Part shown: positions 8,776-17,741 of the stretch, in pieces | How positions within the stretch are numbered: the first letter of the stretch is position 1 | Layout of the letters: each line of letters begins with the position of its first letter | IMG/VR virus record: IMGVR_UViG_3300009158_000043 | Direction: 5' to 3' (one strand) | Origin: an uncultured virus (IMG/VR IMGVR_UViG_3300009158_000043) | Lineage: Duplodnaviria > Heunggongvirae > Uroviricota > Caudoviricetes | Length of the DNA stretch: 20,000 nt | The notes under the pieces: generated by a model | The model's input: only the letters and a program-made list of their open reading frames with translations | Databases searched by the model: none | Told to the model about the DNA's origin: nothing | Translations under genes and position numbers: made by a program

Positions 8776-8958
8776 ATGAAAAAGATGATCGTGTTATGCA
8801 TTGCAATGTCTATCTTGGCTTCATGTGGAAGTAACAGTGCGCCTGCAACAACAGCGACCGTTGATTCTACTAAAGTTGCGGTTGACTCAAGTGCTTGCTG
8901 CCCAGCAGTAGACACTGCAAAAACAGTTGACACAGCGAAAGTTGTGAAAGTAAAGTAA
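8776..8958 (+). CDS. Small lipoprotein (60 aa), Ala/Thr/Asp-rich, Bacteroidota-type
   Basis: MKK, hydrophobic core, then lipobox LASC; repeated VD(S/T) units; own promoter motif and terminator. Confidence 0.85.
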   Translation: MKKMIVLCIAMSILASCGSNSAPATTATVDSTKVAVDSSACCPAVDTAKTVDTAKVVKVK

Positions 8959-8980
8959 TTACTCTTACTTAACGGAAATT

Positions 8981-9008
8981 AAAAGGGATCCAATTGGGTC
9001 CCTTTTTT
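8981..9008 (+). terminator. Rho-independent terminator
   Basis: AAAAGGGATCC-AATT-GGGTCCCTTTTTT hairpin with U-tract, 22 nt after the lipoprotein stop. Confidence 0.88.
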
Positions 9009-9009
9009 G

Positions 9010-9017
9010 TATAAATA
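9010..9017 (+). promoter_or_regulatory. T4-type late promoter TATAAATA
   Basis: Exact motif immediately after the terminator, 17 nt upstream of the ATG at 9035. Confidence 0.65.
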
Positions 9018-9034
9018 GAATAAAGGTATCTTTC

Positions 9035-10354
9035 ATGTTTAAATCAATTTCAAATAAAGAAATTTATGACAATTCAAGTCTATCCTTTGTATTTGAATTC
9101 TTTACCCCACTAAATAAAAGAGAGGCAGCTGCAAAGTTTGCTAGAGCACTAGGTAAACATGTAAAATGGTTTGTCGATATCGAAAAAGGTAGCGAACCCA
9201 CATATGAATCATTTACCGTAGCTCCAAGATATTCAAACGGATATAAGGAGATTACTCTATCTACTGGTTTTTTACCATACCAGGAAGCAGTTCACATGTT
9301 CTTAAAAACAATGAATGTGATTGAAAGTATTGGGTACACAACGGACAGATGTTCAGTAAAGACTAGAATTCGTCTTGATGAGTCAAACTTAAAATTACCA
9401 ATTAAACTTGACAAATTAAACAAGTTTAAATATCTGCTTGGAATCAACGAGGAAGAATTATTTAACCTCTGGCCAGTACAACAAAATGAAAATCGTAAGT
9501 TATATCAAAATCACTTAAATTTTATTCAGCCTAGAGATATTTACAATACTGTCGTTACTGAACGCTTTATTGAACGTATGGATCCAACTGAATTCAAATT
9601 TCCAGAATCAGATTTCTTTGCAAATGACTTTTCTGAATTAGGAGAAGGTAATCTTGTAATCAATTATATCGGTGGTAAAGATTATACGAAGAAGAAGAAA
9701 GAGGCAGTTTCTGCAATTAATCTAGTAATAGAACATTTATTTACGACAATGTCTTCAAATTATTCATACACGGTAGAGGAGAAGAGAAAGATTAATACGA
9801 TAGTTAACGAATTTAGAACATCAATTGACGGTACTCGTAATTATTTTAATTTTAAAATGTTGTACCCAAATATTTCAGTTTATATTGATCTAAAGGATGA
9901 CCCTCGAATCGTTGAAGCAAACTACACGATTCTACGCGAAAAGGTATTTAAGTTAATAGTCGGCGGTGGAATAACTGAAGCTACTATAAACTATGATAGC
10001 CGCAGAAAAGCAGTTCAAGTAAAAGATGCGGTTCTAAAGAAAAGTATCTTAATTGAGGGTATCGAGTTTTATCAGTGTCAAATTGAAGCAGATGCACATC
10101 TATGTTTATTTGAAGGTTGCACAATTAAACACTCAAAATTACAAGAGTGTACTATCTTCTCAAATAATATCATCAAAGGTTCTAAAATAATTGATTGTGA
10201 TTACTTAGGTGGAGAAAATGAGATTAGCATGAGCTATCTAGATAACTCAGAAACAAAGATGATTAATGCTGAACTTAAGGAGTGTCTTGTAAATCGAGGT
10301 AAATTCACAATAAATTCAACTGTTGACAAATCAACAAAAATTATTAAAAAGTAA
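9035..10354 (+). CDS. Amidoligase-like (Amidoligase_2 / COOH-NH2 ligase fold) protein, apparently catalytically degenerate, with a C-terminal beta-helix-like region
   Basis: Motif order SFVFEFF ... EITLSTGFLPY ... GYTTDRCSVKTRI ... LVINYIGGKDY parallels phage amidoligase G.E.E / E..T.P / C..H.H / .E.R motifs; C-terminal short-period repeats (FEGCTIKHSKLQECTI, IKGSKIIDC). Confidence 0.55.
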   Translation: MFKSISNKEIYDNSSLSFVFEFFTPLNKREAAAKFARALGKHVKWFVDIEKGSEPTYESFTVAPRYSNGYKEITLSTGFLPYQEAVHMFLKTMNVIESIGYTTDRCSVKTRIRLDESNLKLPIKLDKLNKFKYLLGINEEELFNLWPVQQNENRKLYQNHLNFIQPRDIYNTVVTERFIERMDPTEFKFPESDFFANDFSELGEGNLVINYIGGKDYTKKKKEAVSAINLVIEHLFTTMSSNYSYTVEEKRKINTIVNEFRTSIDGTRNYFNFKMLYPNISVYIDLKDDPRIVEANYTILREKVFKLIVGGGITEATINYDSRRKAVQVKDAVLKKSILIEGIEFYQCQIEADAHLCLFEGCTIKHSKLQECTIFSNNIIKGSKIIDCDYLGGENEISMSYLDNSETKMINAELKECLVNRGKFTINSTVDKSTKIIKK

Positions 10355-10387
10355 TAGGTGTAGTATATTCTAACTGCCCGATTCTTT

Positions 10388-10395
10388 AATAAATA
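10388..10395 (+). promoter_or_regulatory. Late-promoter-like AATAAATA
   Basis: 20 nt upstream of the ATG at 10416. Confidence 0.5.
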
Positions 10396-10415
10396 ATAAA
10401 AATAACTTATACAGG

Positions 10416-13400
10416 ATGCCTGTTTATAAAAATTTAAAGGCTGTGCGCAAATTAACAAACTCAAGTCTGACATCAATTATTGATATCACAAATTTGAACT
10501 TTGCGAGCCTTTCTAATGCAAATTTAGAATTTTTAACAAATATTAAATATGATGAGGTTTTAAATACTTTTCAAGTATACCGCGGAACATTTGATTTTGT
10601 GAATATTACTGATAAGCTTAGCTTGACACTAGATGGAATCCCAACATTTACAATTGACTCACTAGGCCGTGCTGAAGGGCAGCAGTTATTAGTTAAAGTA
10701 GCTGAAACAAAACGTCAGCGTTTTACTGATTTTAATGATTGGCCAGAGATTGGTGTTCCAGGTGAAATAATTTACACTGGGATTCAAAACCAACGCCCAC
10801 AATTTGGAGAAGACTTTATTGGATATCTTCAGAGTCGTGGATGGGTAAGTTTAACTGAGCCAAATGCTGCAGCATTCTTAACACTATATGAATTAGCAGG
10901 AAGTCCACCAGTACCAGCATGTCCAGCAGCAAATACTGGAATAATTTGGGTAGGTCCTCCAGGTTATGAAACAGCAACTGTTCCAACTACACAAACTCTA
11001 TATTATACTGATGAAAACTGTAATATCTACGATCTTACTGGCGGAGGAGGAGGAGGCGGAGCAACACTAATTTCAATCACATATGCACAATTAGTAACAG
11101 CAATTGGTGCTGGAACTCTTATACCAGGTCAGCAATATTTACTGACTAATTATCAAACAGTATATGACCAGCCAGATTATGATAATAGTGGAGCGATAAA
11201 ATATCCAATTGTCACAAAGACCGGAACGGTGGAGCCTCTAATTCTTACTGCAACATCCACGACAACCATCTCGGCAACTGCACTATCTACTGTTTGGCCA
11301 GGAGATAGAATTCAATATGATTGGAGCTTTTCGTTCACTGAACTTGGGTTACAACCTGCACTTGGAAGAATCTCAGAGCGAATTACAGCAGACGATAATA
11401 ATAGAACAAGTTATGACCATCGTGCCGTATTATTTAAAAGATATGCAGATACATTAACTGGCTGCTTTACTGAAATTAACGAACCTTATCCTGGTGCAAC
11501 ATATCGAGACGATACACCTACATTTGGAGTAGAATGTGATAATATGTTCCTCGGCGGAATCTTTGATGGATTTGGATTTGACGATCCAGCATTTATTGTA
11601 CCTAATAGTATCTTTGGCGATTACTGCGAAAGTGTTACTACTGGAGGCGATTTTTATAATAATACGATTGGGTCATTTGATCCAGTCGGACTTGGAGCAT
11701 TCTGTTACGGTACAGTATTTGGGCACTGGTGTCATAATAATAAAATCGGCGATGGGTTTTACAATAACCGCATTTTTAACGAGTTTTCTAATAACGTAAT
11801 TGGTAGCGATTTTAACCAAAACGATATTGGAAACGGCTTTAGCGAAAACCTTATTGGCAATAGCTTTATTCAAAATACGATTCTAAGCAATTTTAAAAAA
11901 AATATTATTTCAGATAGCGTATTTTTATCAAACGTTATTGATGATGATTTTTTGGGAAACGAAATAACAAAGACGACATTTCAAAACAATAGCATTGAGG
12001 ATTATTTTCAAAATAATACTATTGGGGATAGCTATTTTTCAAGTGGCTTTTTCCAAAATAATCAAATCGGTGATTCCTGTTCCAATAACTATATGAGTAA
12101 TTTTACAGCGAATCAGATTGGATTTAGCTTTTTTGGGAATGGATCTAAATTTGCGTATATTGATACATTCGATGGAAACCGAATTGGTGACCATTTTGAG
12201 AAAAATTTTGCATATAATTTTTATAATAATAGAATCGGGGATTACTTTAATAATAATGGATCGCCTGAGTCAAAAACCGGCAGAGTTGCTACGTTTTCTT
12301 CAGCTATAACATTTCCAACTGCTGGAGGGTATACTACTGGAACATATTTAGATATTCCAACACTTGGTGCAGGTATCGGATTTACGGTAGATATTGTCGT
12401 AGATGGTGCTGGCACAATTGCAAATTTTAGTGATATTGTTTTAAATTCTCAAGGAACTGGTTATCAAACTGGTAATATTGTTGTAATTGATGGAGCAGAA
12501 CTTGGCGGAGTTAGTGGAGTTGACGATATTGAACTTATGATTGAATCTATTTCATTTGTAGCAAATTACTGTTACGAATTTCATGATAATATTATCGGAA
12601 ACTACTTTCAGACTGGCAATCAGGTAAATAATTTAAGCTCAAATAAAATCGGAGATTATTTTCAGACAAATGGTGATCAAAACACTCCATGTTCAGACAT
12701 GAAGAATAATGTAATCGGTGACGGCTTTAAATTAAATTTTGTAAATACGTTTAATAGCAATCACATAGGCAATGACTTTGTAGGCAATACTGGCTGGTCA
12801 AAGAATTCAGTATTTAGTAATTTTATATCTAATCAAATTGGTGATAATTGTCATCTAAATAAAATGCCTGATGTCTTCGGTAGCAATAAAATCGGTAACG
12901 ACTTTTTTAGGAATACTTTTCAAGGACAGGAGGCTAGCAGTAATTTACAATATTTTGGAATTAATCCAGAGACTGAGCAAAATGATGGAAACGTGATTGG
13001 TGACTACTTTGCATACAATGCCTTTTCCAGTGTAACTGGTAAACTTCACTTTACTGGAAACCATATTGGAAACTACTTCGGCGGACGACTCGATGGTAAA
13101 AATGGTCCAGGAAATACTATTTCTGGAGGGCAGCCGTTTGCAGACAATTATATCGGAAATGATTTTTTCTCAAATTATATTTATTTAGATGGAAGTGGCA
13201 AAGCTGGATTTATCGGTAATACTATTGGAACTAAATTTTGGTATAATGCGATACACGGAGACTTTTCATATAATACACTTGGTAGTTTCTTTCAAACAAA
13301 TGTGAGCAACGGATTCCAATATAACTGGACCCAATATGCGGTGATTGGTGTAGATTTTACGGCCAACCCAGCAACTCATGTTTATAACCCATATACATGT

Positions 13401-13487
13401 AATATATTTGCGAATTCTACTGGAACTCTGAGATTAAGTTATTTCGATAATTTGGATGTTCAAATAATAACTGATCCTGATCTATAA
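10416..13487 (+). CDS. Putative tail fibre/spike (receptor-binding) protein with parallel beta-helix repeats (1023 aa)
   Basis: N-terminal domain, Gly7 linker, ITYAQLVTAI..GTLIPGQQYLLTNYQT module, then many roughly 10-aa NxIGxxFxxN repeats. Confidence 0.7.
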   Translation: MPVYKNLKAVRKLTNSSLTSIIDITNLNFASLSNANLEFLTNIKYDEVLNTFQVYRGTFDFVNITDKLSLTLDGIPTFTIDSLGRAEGQQLLVKVAETKRQRFTDFNDWPEIGVPGEIIYTGIQNQRPQFGEDFIGYLQSRGWVSLTEPNAAAFLTLYELAGSPPVPACPAANTGIIWVGPPGYETATVPTTQTLYYTDENCNIYDLTGGGGGGGATLISITYAQLVTAIGAGTLIPGQQYLLTNYQTVYDQPDYDNSGAIKYPIVTKTGTVEPLILTATSTTTISATALSTVWPGDRIQYDWSFSFTELGLQPALGRISERITADDNNRTSYDHRAVLFKRYADTLTGCFTEINEPYPGATYRDDTPTFGVECDNMFLGGIFDGFGFDDPAFIVPNSIFGDYCESVTTGGDFYNNTIGSFDPVGLGAFCYGTVFGHWCHNNKIGDGFYNNRIFNEFSNNVIGSDFNQNDIGNGFSENLIGNSFIQNTILSNFKKNIISDSVFLSNVIDDDFLGNEITKTTFQNNSIEDYFQNNTIGDSYFSSGFFQNNQIGDSCSNNYMSNFTANQIGFSFFGNGSKFAYIDTFDGNRIGDHFEKNFAYNFYNNRIGDYFNNNGSPESKTGRVATFSSAITFPTAGGYTTGTYLDIPTLGAGIGFTVDIVVDGAGTIANFSDIVLNSQGTGYQTGNIVVIDGAELGGVSGVDDIELMIESISFVANYCYEFHDNIIGNYFQTGNQVNNLSSNKIGDYFQTNGDQNTPCSDMKNNVIGDGFKLNFVNTFNSNHIGNDFVGNTGWSKNSVFSNFISNQIGDNCHLNKMPDVFGSNKIGNDFFRNTFQGQEASSNLQYFGINPETEQNDGNVIGDYFAYNAFSSVTGKLHFTGNHIGNYFGGRLDGKNGPGNTISGGQPFADNYIGNDFFSNYIYLDGSGKAGFIGNTIGTKFWYNAIHGDFSYNTLGSFFQTNVSNGFQYNWTQYAVIGVDFTANPATHVYNPYTCNIFANSTGTLRLSYFDNLDVQIITDPDL

Positions 13488-13503
13488 TCAAATAAAAAAT
13501 AAC

Positions 13504-14037
13504 ATGGCAGCAGCACAAGAGTCAATTTTGGCAAATCTTGAAAATAACTTAAATGATACTATTTTAAAAGAGATTAATGCTCGAGTAAAACTTGAGGTTA
13601 ATGCGTATGAGATACTAAATAGACAAATACTTAAGAATATAAAAAGTAAAGCTATTTTAGAAACTCAAAATCAGAATGATCCAGCAGTTGCCAATCAACT
13701 GCATCAATTAACTTCGCAATTAGCAGATGACACAAAAACTTTTCTTGATGCTACCCAAACAGTAGAGATTAATGGTCAAGCGGCTGGCAGCCTTGCTAGC
13801 AAAATTGTGGAAGAGATATTTGCAGCTCAACCGGTGGCGGCAATTAAAACACCGGCGCTAATTAAATTAGAAGAGACCGCAATTAAAACAAAGGGTAATA
13901 TTCAAATTACTGCAGCGTATGTTCAAACCATGCTGGATAATCAATTCCGCTTGAACAATATTCGAAATAAAAGAACTACTGACTCCGTAAAGAATTTTGT
14001 TGCTGAACTTACTGTTAAAACGAAAGCCGTAATTTAA
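13504..14037 (+). CDS. Hypothetical alpha-helical protein (177 aa)
   Basis: ORF with an A-rich leader right after the fibre gene; convergent stop overlap with the next gene. Confidence 0.7.
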   Translation: MAAAQESILANLENNLNDTILKEINARVKLEVNAYEILNRQILKNIKSKAILETQNQNDPAVANQLHQLTSQLADDTKTFLDATQTVEINGQAAGSLASKIVEEIFAAQPVAAIKTPALIKLEETAIKTKGNIQITAAYVQTMLDNQFRLNNIRNKRTTDSVKNFVAELTVKTKAVI

Positions 14038-14582
14038 TCGAAATCTAATTCGATATCAAAATCAAAGTATTTAAACTTTGCAGTAAATGTTCTGAAATCA
14101 GGAGTACCTGAACTATATGACAGCTTAAATCCGTCTTGGCCTGTTAAGATTGGGCGTTGAAAAATAATTGACGCTACAAGATAACCCTGATTATCAAGTA
14201 AAGAGAGTCGCATCGGCGGAAAGGTCGGAGTCTTATTACTAAAATCCAAATAGTCTTTACTGTTTTCAAGAAAGATAAAGTAATTTAAGTACGCATCAGT
14301 CAACTTAAAAGTGATTGAAAATGTTCGAGTAAACAAATCAGGTATCTGAACAGCATTCTTAAAATCCTGTTTCTTACCAAATAGTCGAGTCTGAACAACT
14401 GGATCCATTTCCCATCCTGGAAAATCTACACTTTGGATAGTGGATGACATAAAGTCATTAATACTATCATATGGTAGTATTAAACTCTGATAATACTTTT
14501 TATATTTCTCCTTTACTCGATCATTAAAATAATCTGGCGGAAAGGAGAAGATAAATCCATTTTGTCTTGCGTTCAATAACAT
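14034..14582 (-). CDS. Tail tube-fold protein, T4 gp3 (tail completion) / gp19-like
   Basis: IQSVDFPG, FSITFKLTDAYLNY, IIFQRPIL and C-terminal TFTAKFKYFDFDI fit the tube/terminator pattern. Confidence 0.65.
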   Translation of the reverse strand: MLLNARQNGFIFSFPPDYFNDRVKEKYKKYYQSLILPYDSINDFMSSTIQSVDFPGWEMDPVVQTRLFGKKQDFKNAVQIPDLFTRTFSITFKLTDAYLNYFIFLENSKDYLDFSNKTPTFPPMRLSLLDNQGYLVASIIFQRPILTGQDGFKLSYSSGTPDFRTFTAKFKYFDFDIELDFD

Positions 14583-14720
14583 TATTTGCCTACGTTTTTT
14601 ACATTTGCCCAGCTCTTACTTGGCAATCGATAATTCATGAGTAGCATGATATTTCAATTCATTTGAAATTTCTAAACTCTCTCCTATAAATTGGATAAAA
14701 CTTTTTAATCTTGTTTCCAT
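14583..14720 (-). pseudogene. Short ORF METRLKSFIQFIGESLEISNELKYHATHELSIAK* (14720-14616) plus an out-of-frame tail RLPSKSWANVKNVGK*; possible internally deleted gene remnant
   Basis: Preceded by AATAAATA; capsid-targeting-like N-terminus; the alternative frame ends in a TAA overlapping the next ATG (TAATG). Confidence 0.45.
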
Positions 14721-14727
14721 ATTATAT

Positions 14728-14735
14728 TATTTATT
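14728..14735 (-). promoter_or_regulatory. Late-promoter-like AATAAATA
   Basis: Overlaps the gp15-like stop codon; 7 nt upstream of the ATG at 14720. Confidence 0.45.
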
Positions 14736-15516
14736 CAGACGGTGGAAAATCAGGATCAATAAACACGCTATCTAGTGGCGAATTTGATCCGCTTTGAGAT
14801 TCGCGTAAATTGATCTGCTTAATAGTATTTCCTTTGTAGAATGTCGAATGGTCGTCAAAACTAGGGAAATATGTTTCGACATCTAAGTTTAATGTGATTG
14901 AGACAGTATTCGTATCAGTATATGAAAATGCATAATTCTTTTGAAAGTCAGCATTATCTGGAAAGACAATTTGTGCTGGAACTCGAAGACCTCTAAATTG
15001 AAAATATCTCACTTGATTCTTATAATAGAAATCAAAGATTTTTTCGATTATCTTAAATGTCTTATTAATATTGTCGCTTTCAATTTTTACTGCATATTTT
15101 AGTGCAATTGGCATTGTAAATAATCTAGATGAAAAAGCTTTCATCTGTTTCTCGTCATTCGCATCACGAGTCTCCTGAGTAAACGTTCCACGAACATACT
15201 TATTTGTAATATCTGTTGATTTGATTGCAAAAGAGCTTAGCGTTACAATTCCGCGAGGCATCTGTTCATAATTTCCTTCTACATGTTTTGGGTATTTACA
15301 ATCGGTTGGTAATTCTACAAAGAAATCTTTCATGAATCCTTCGTCTCCACCGAAATTATAAAAGAATGGAATTTCATGCTTAGTAACTACATCATCTCTC
15401 TTAAGATCAATAATAACATTTCGATTTAATAAGTCAAGCAGAGTAAGCGTTGCGTTTCTCATGAAAACGTCTTGTGTATTCTCATTTCTTATATTTTCAT
15501 GTGTTGAACTCTTCAT
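14731..15516 (-). CDS. Tail sheath terminator/stabiliser, T4 gp15-like
   Basis: IPFFY, MPRGIVTLSSFAIKSTDITNK, MPIALKYAVKI, FKIIEKIFDFY match the gp15 pattern (VP..Y / LPR / P..L.F.L.I / QI.EQI..F); adjacent to a gp14-like gene. Confidence 0.7.
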   Translation of the reverse strand: MKSSTHENIRNENTQDVFMRNATLTLLDLLNRNVIIDLKRDDVVTKHEIPFFYNFGGDEGFMKDFFVELPTDCKYPKHVEGNYEQMPRGIVTLSSFAIKSTDITNKYVRGTFTQETRDANDEKQMKAFSSRLFTMPIALKYAVKIESDNINKTFKIIEKIFDFYYKNQVRYFQFRGLRVPAQIVFPDNADFQKNYAFSYTDTNTVSITLNLDVETYFPSFDDHSTFYKGNTIKQINLRESQSGSNSPLDSVFIDPDFPPSE

Positions 15517-15521
15517 TTAGA

Positions 15522-17666
15522 TTATCTGTTTTTTGCAATATATGGAATATTTAATTGTGGTCTACAATTATCAATTAGCAGTAACATTGATTCATCCTTA
15601 ATAAATTGTTGACTTAGGATAAAATCATGCTGTTCTTCCTTGACCATCGTATTAAATAGTCTTAAATTTGTTATCAATAGAGTTGATGTCGGTAGAGTAT
15701 AATACTGAGTTAGATTGAATGTGGTCTGAGTCAGAGATGACGCACTTGAAAAGATCTTTTTAAAATCATTGTGATTTATTACATCTGATTGATCTTCTTC
15801 AATCGAATATACATAGACTCCGCACTGTTTAAATTCATTAGATGCAGAGACAATTAGTCCGTGCCATGCATCACTCTTGAAATTAGCAATATTATATGCT
15901 TTGACTTGTGAATTAATAGTGACCGTGATATTTAGGTCTCCTTCAGGCTGCGTACTGATATATCGGGTAAAATGTGCAGTTGCCTTGAACCCAGTGCCAG
16001 TTTCATTATCGTATCCATCTAGGAAACTAATTGAACTTGCGGCTGCTGGAACATTAAATAAACACGTAAATGAAATATTTTTCGAATCAGTTAAGTTAAA
16101 TTTCGGTTGAGCTGAATAGACTACTGCAGTCTGACGAACTTTAAATTTAGCGTAATCTTTTCCACCAACTGTATCGATTAAGATATCCCGCTGATCTTTA
16201 AATGTTAAATTACGATATGCTTCAACTCGGATATATCGACCAGAGTCAGATTGTCCAATATGATTTGGAATTGTATCAAATGGTCCGCGAACTCGACAAA
16301 ATAGAGTAGAAGTACTTTTGACATTTTTATCGTTTGTCATCAGAGCACTGTTTTTCCAAGCAGTATACATTTCGCTGCCCTGATATGCAAGTACTACATC
16401 ATTTGATTGTATAACATTTGTTTCTAAACTTGGCAGAGTTGCAAGATTCATGCTTTCTGCAGTTAGAATTGGGTCATTTGTTAATTCATAATTTAAGTCA
16501 GATAATGGAATAGTACTTAAGTCATAGTAGTTATCGATTAGACTTGCAAAATTAAATGTGTATTTTAGTGGACGAATTGAAACTTCCGGATGGATCGCTC
16601 GACGCGAAGAGTCAAACGTGGTTGAAATAGTTGAGTATTGCTCTGGCATCGTTCCGTCCTTTATGTCATCCTTTACTGCTTCACTAAATAGTTGATCTGC
16701 ACTAAGTATTACATTGTCCAAGAAGTGACGTGCGTCATCCTTGAGCAGCATGTCGATGTTTGGACTGAATTTTTTAAGCTGTATTTTCCAAAAGGTCGGA
16801 GACATCATAAATCCACGGTGCAGATATGAGCCTTGAATTTCAAACATACGATTTAGTAATGGAAAATATAAGAAGTCCCTCTTTCGAGGTTCTGAGTTTG
16901 TTCCAAAAATTGATTGAAAATATCGATGGTCTAGATGTATCTCAAATGGCATTTGAAAATCTATTCCAAATTCAGCATATTTCGGCATGTTACTTGGGAA
17001 TGCATTCTTTGGAACCATTACTTTAACACACTTACGATCGACATTTTTATATAGTGTCCACTCTTTAAATACATAATCGCCGCTGTCTGCTTCAGGTAGG
17101 GTTCTAAAATAGACGACCTGGTGGCCATATAGTTGATTTGTAAAATAAGACATCTCCTGATACATACTAACTGCACTACCGACTTCATATGGTCTGAAGC
17201 TTGGATCGCGGTTAGTAATAATTGAGATACTTTTCTCATCAGAACAAGAAGAAACTGGAGTAAACGTGGTTGGAATATTTACGCCGACTTCAAATCGAAG
17301 TTTAATCTCATTGACCTGAATAACTGATGATAATTCATTTGCTGTTCCATCATCGTACTCATATTTAACTTCAAAATAGAAATCATCTGCTTTATCTAGG
17401 AAGATAGACGCAGCATCTCCCAAGTTGCCTGGAGAAACTTCATACCATAGAGACCAGTCCAGCCTGTTTCTAGAGTATCTAATATATCGCTTAAGATTGG
17501 TTAGGTCAAGTGCAGTAGGTGAAGTAGTAAGTACATCTTCTACGAAATCTGTAAAGTTGACAATTCCACATACCGGATCAAGGGTAGAGAAAATTCTAAA
17601 GTTTTTACTAAACGTTAACGAATTTTTCTGTGGGTCTATTAAAATTTTTACGGTAGTCTTTATCAT
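15522..17666 (-). CDS. Neck protein, T4 gp14-like core with an N-terminal extension and a C-terminal LamG/concanavalin-like domain
   Basis: YGHQVVYFR, EFGIDFQMPFEIHL, EPRKRDFLYFPLLNRMFEI match gp14 (YG..V.Y.PR, KFG, P..GDLIYFP....LFEI); C-terminal ISFTCLF..AWHGLIVS..ITNLRLFN. Confidence 0.75.
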   Translation of the reverse strand: MIKTTVKILIDPQKNSLTFSKNFRIFSTLDPVCGIVNFTDFVEDVLTTSPTALDLTNLKRYIRYSRNRLDWSLWYEVSPGNLGDAASIFLDKADDFYFEVKYEYDDGTANELSSVIQVNEIKLRFEVGVNIPTTFTPVSSCSDEKSISIITNRDPSFRPYEVGSAVSMYQEMSYFTNQLYGHQVVYFRTLPEADSGDYVFKEWTLYKNVDRKCVKVMVPKNAFPSNMPKYAEFGIDFQMPFEIHLDHRYFQSIFGTNSEPRKRDFLYFPLLNRMFEIQGSYLHRGFMMSPTFWKIQLKKFSPNIDMLLKDDARHFLDNVILSADQLFSEAVKDDIKDGTMPEQYSTISTTFDSSRRAIHPEVSIRPLKYTFNFASLIDNYYDLSTIPLSDLNYELTNDPILTAESMNLATLPSLETNVIQSNDVVLAYQGSEMYTAWKNSALMTNDKNVKSTSTLFCRVRGPFDTIPNHIGQSDSGRYIRVEAYRNLTFKDQRDILIDTVGGKDYAKFKVRQTAVVYSAQPKFNLTDSKNISFTCLFNVPAAASSISFLDGYDNETGTGFKATAHFTRYISTQPEGDLNITVTINSQVKAYNIANFKSDAWHGLIVSASNEFKQCGVYVYSIEEDQSDVINHNDFKKIFSSASSLTQTTFNLTQYYTLPTSTLLITNLRLFNTMVKEEQHDFILSQQFIKDESMLLLIDNCRPQLNIPYIAKNR

Positions 17667-17687
17667 TACTTGCCTACTGATGCTTTA

Positions 17688-17702
17688 TGTTATTTATTTA
17701 TT
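17688..17702 (-). promoter_or_regulatory. Late-promoter-like (AATA)n tract containing AATAAATA
   Basis: About 25-35 nt upstream of the ATG at 17666 in a divergent intergenic region. Confidence 0.45.
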
Positions 17703-17741
17703 TGTTAAGAATAAACTAAACTGATATTCGCCGCGTAGTAA

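Noticed and set aside
8646..8933. 95-aa minus-strand ORF ending WSRRESNPRPNN
   Set aside because: Antisense shadow of the lipoprotein gene and the tmRNA 3' end; RRESNP is the typical reverse translation of a T-arm
11600..13440. Asn (AAT/AAC)-rich fibre region as a DGR target or nucleotide repeat array
   Set aside because: No reverse transcriptase and no near-identical TR/VR pair seen; repeats are degenerate at the protein level only. A remote DGR cannot be excluded
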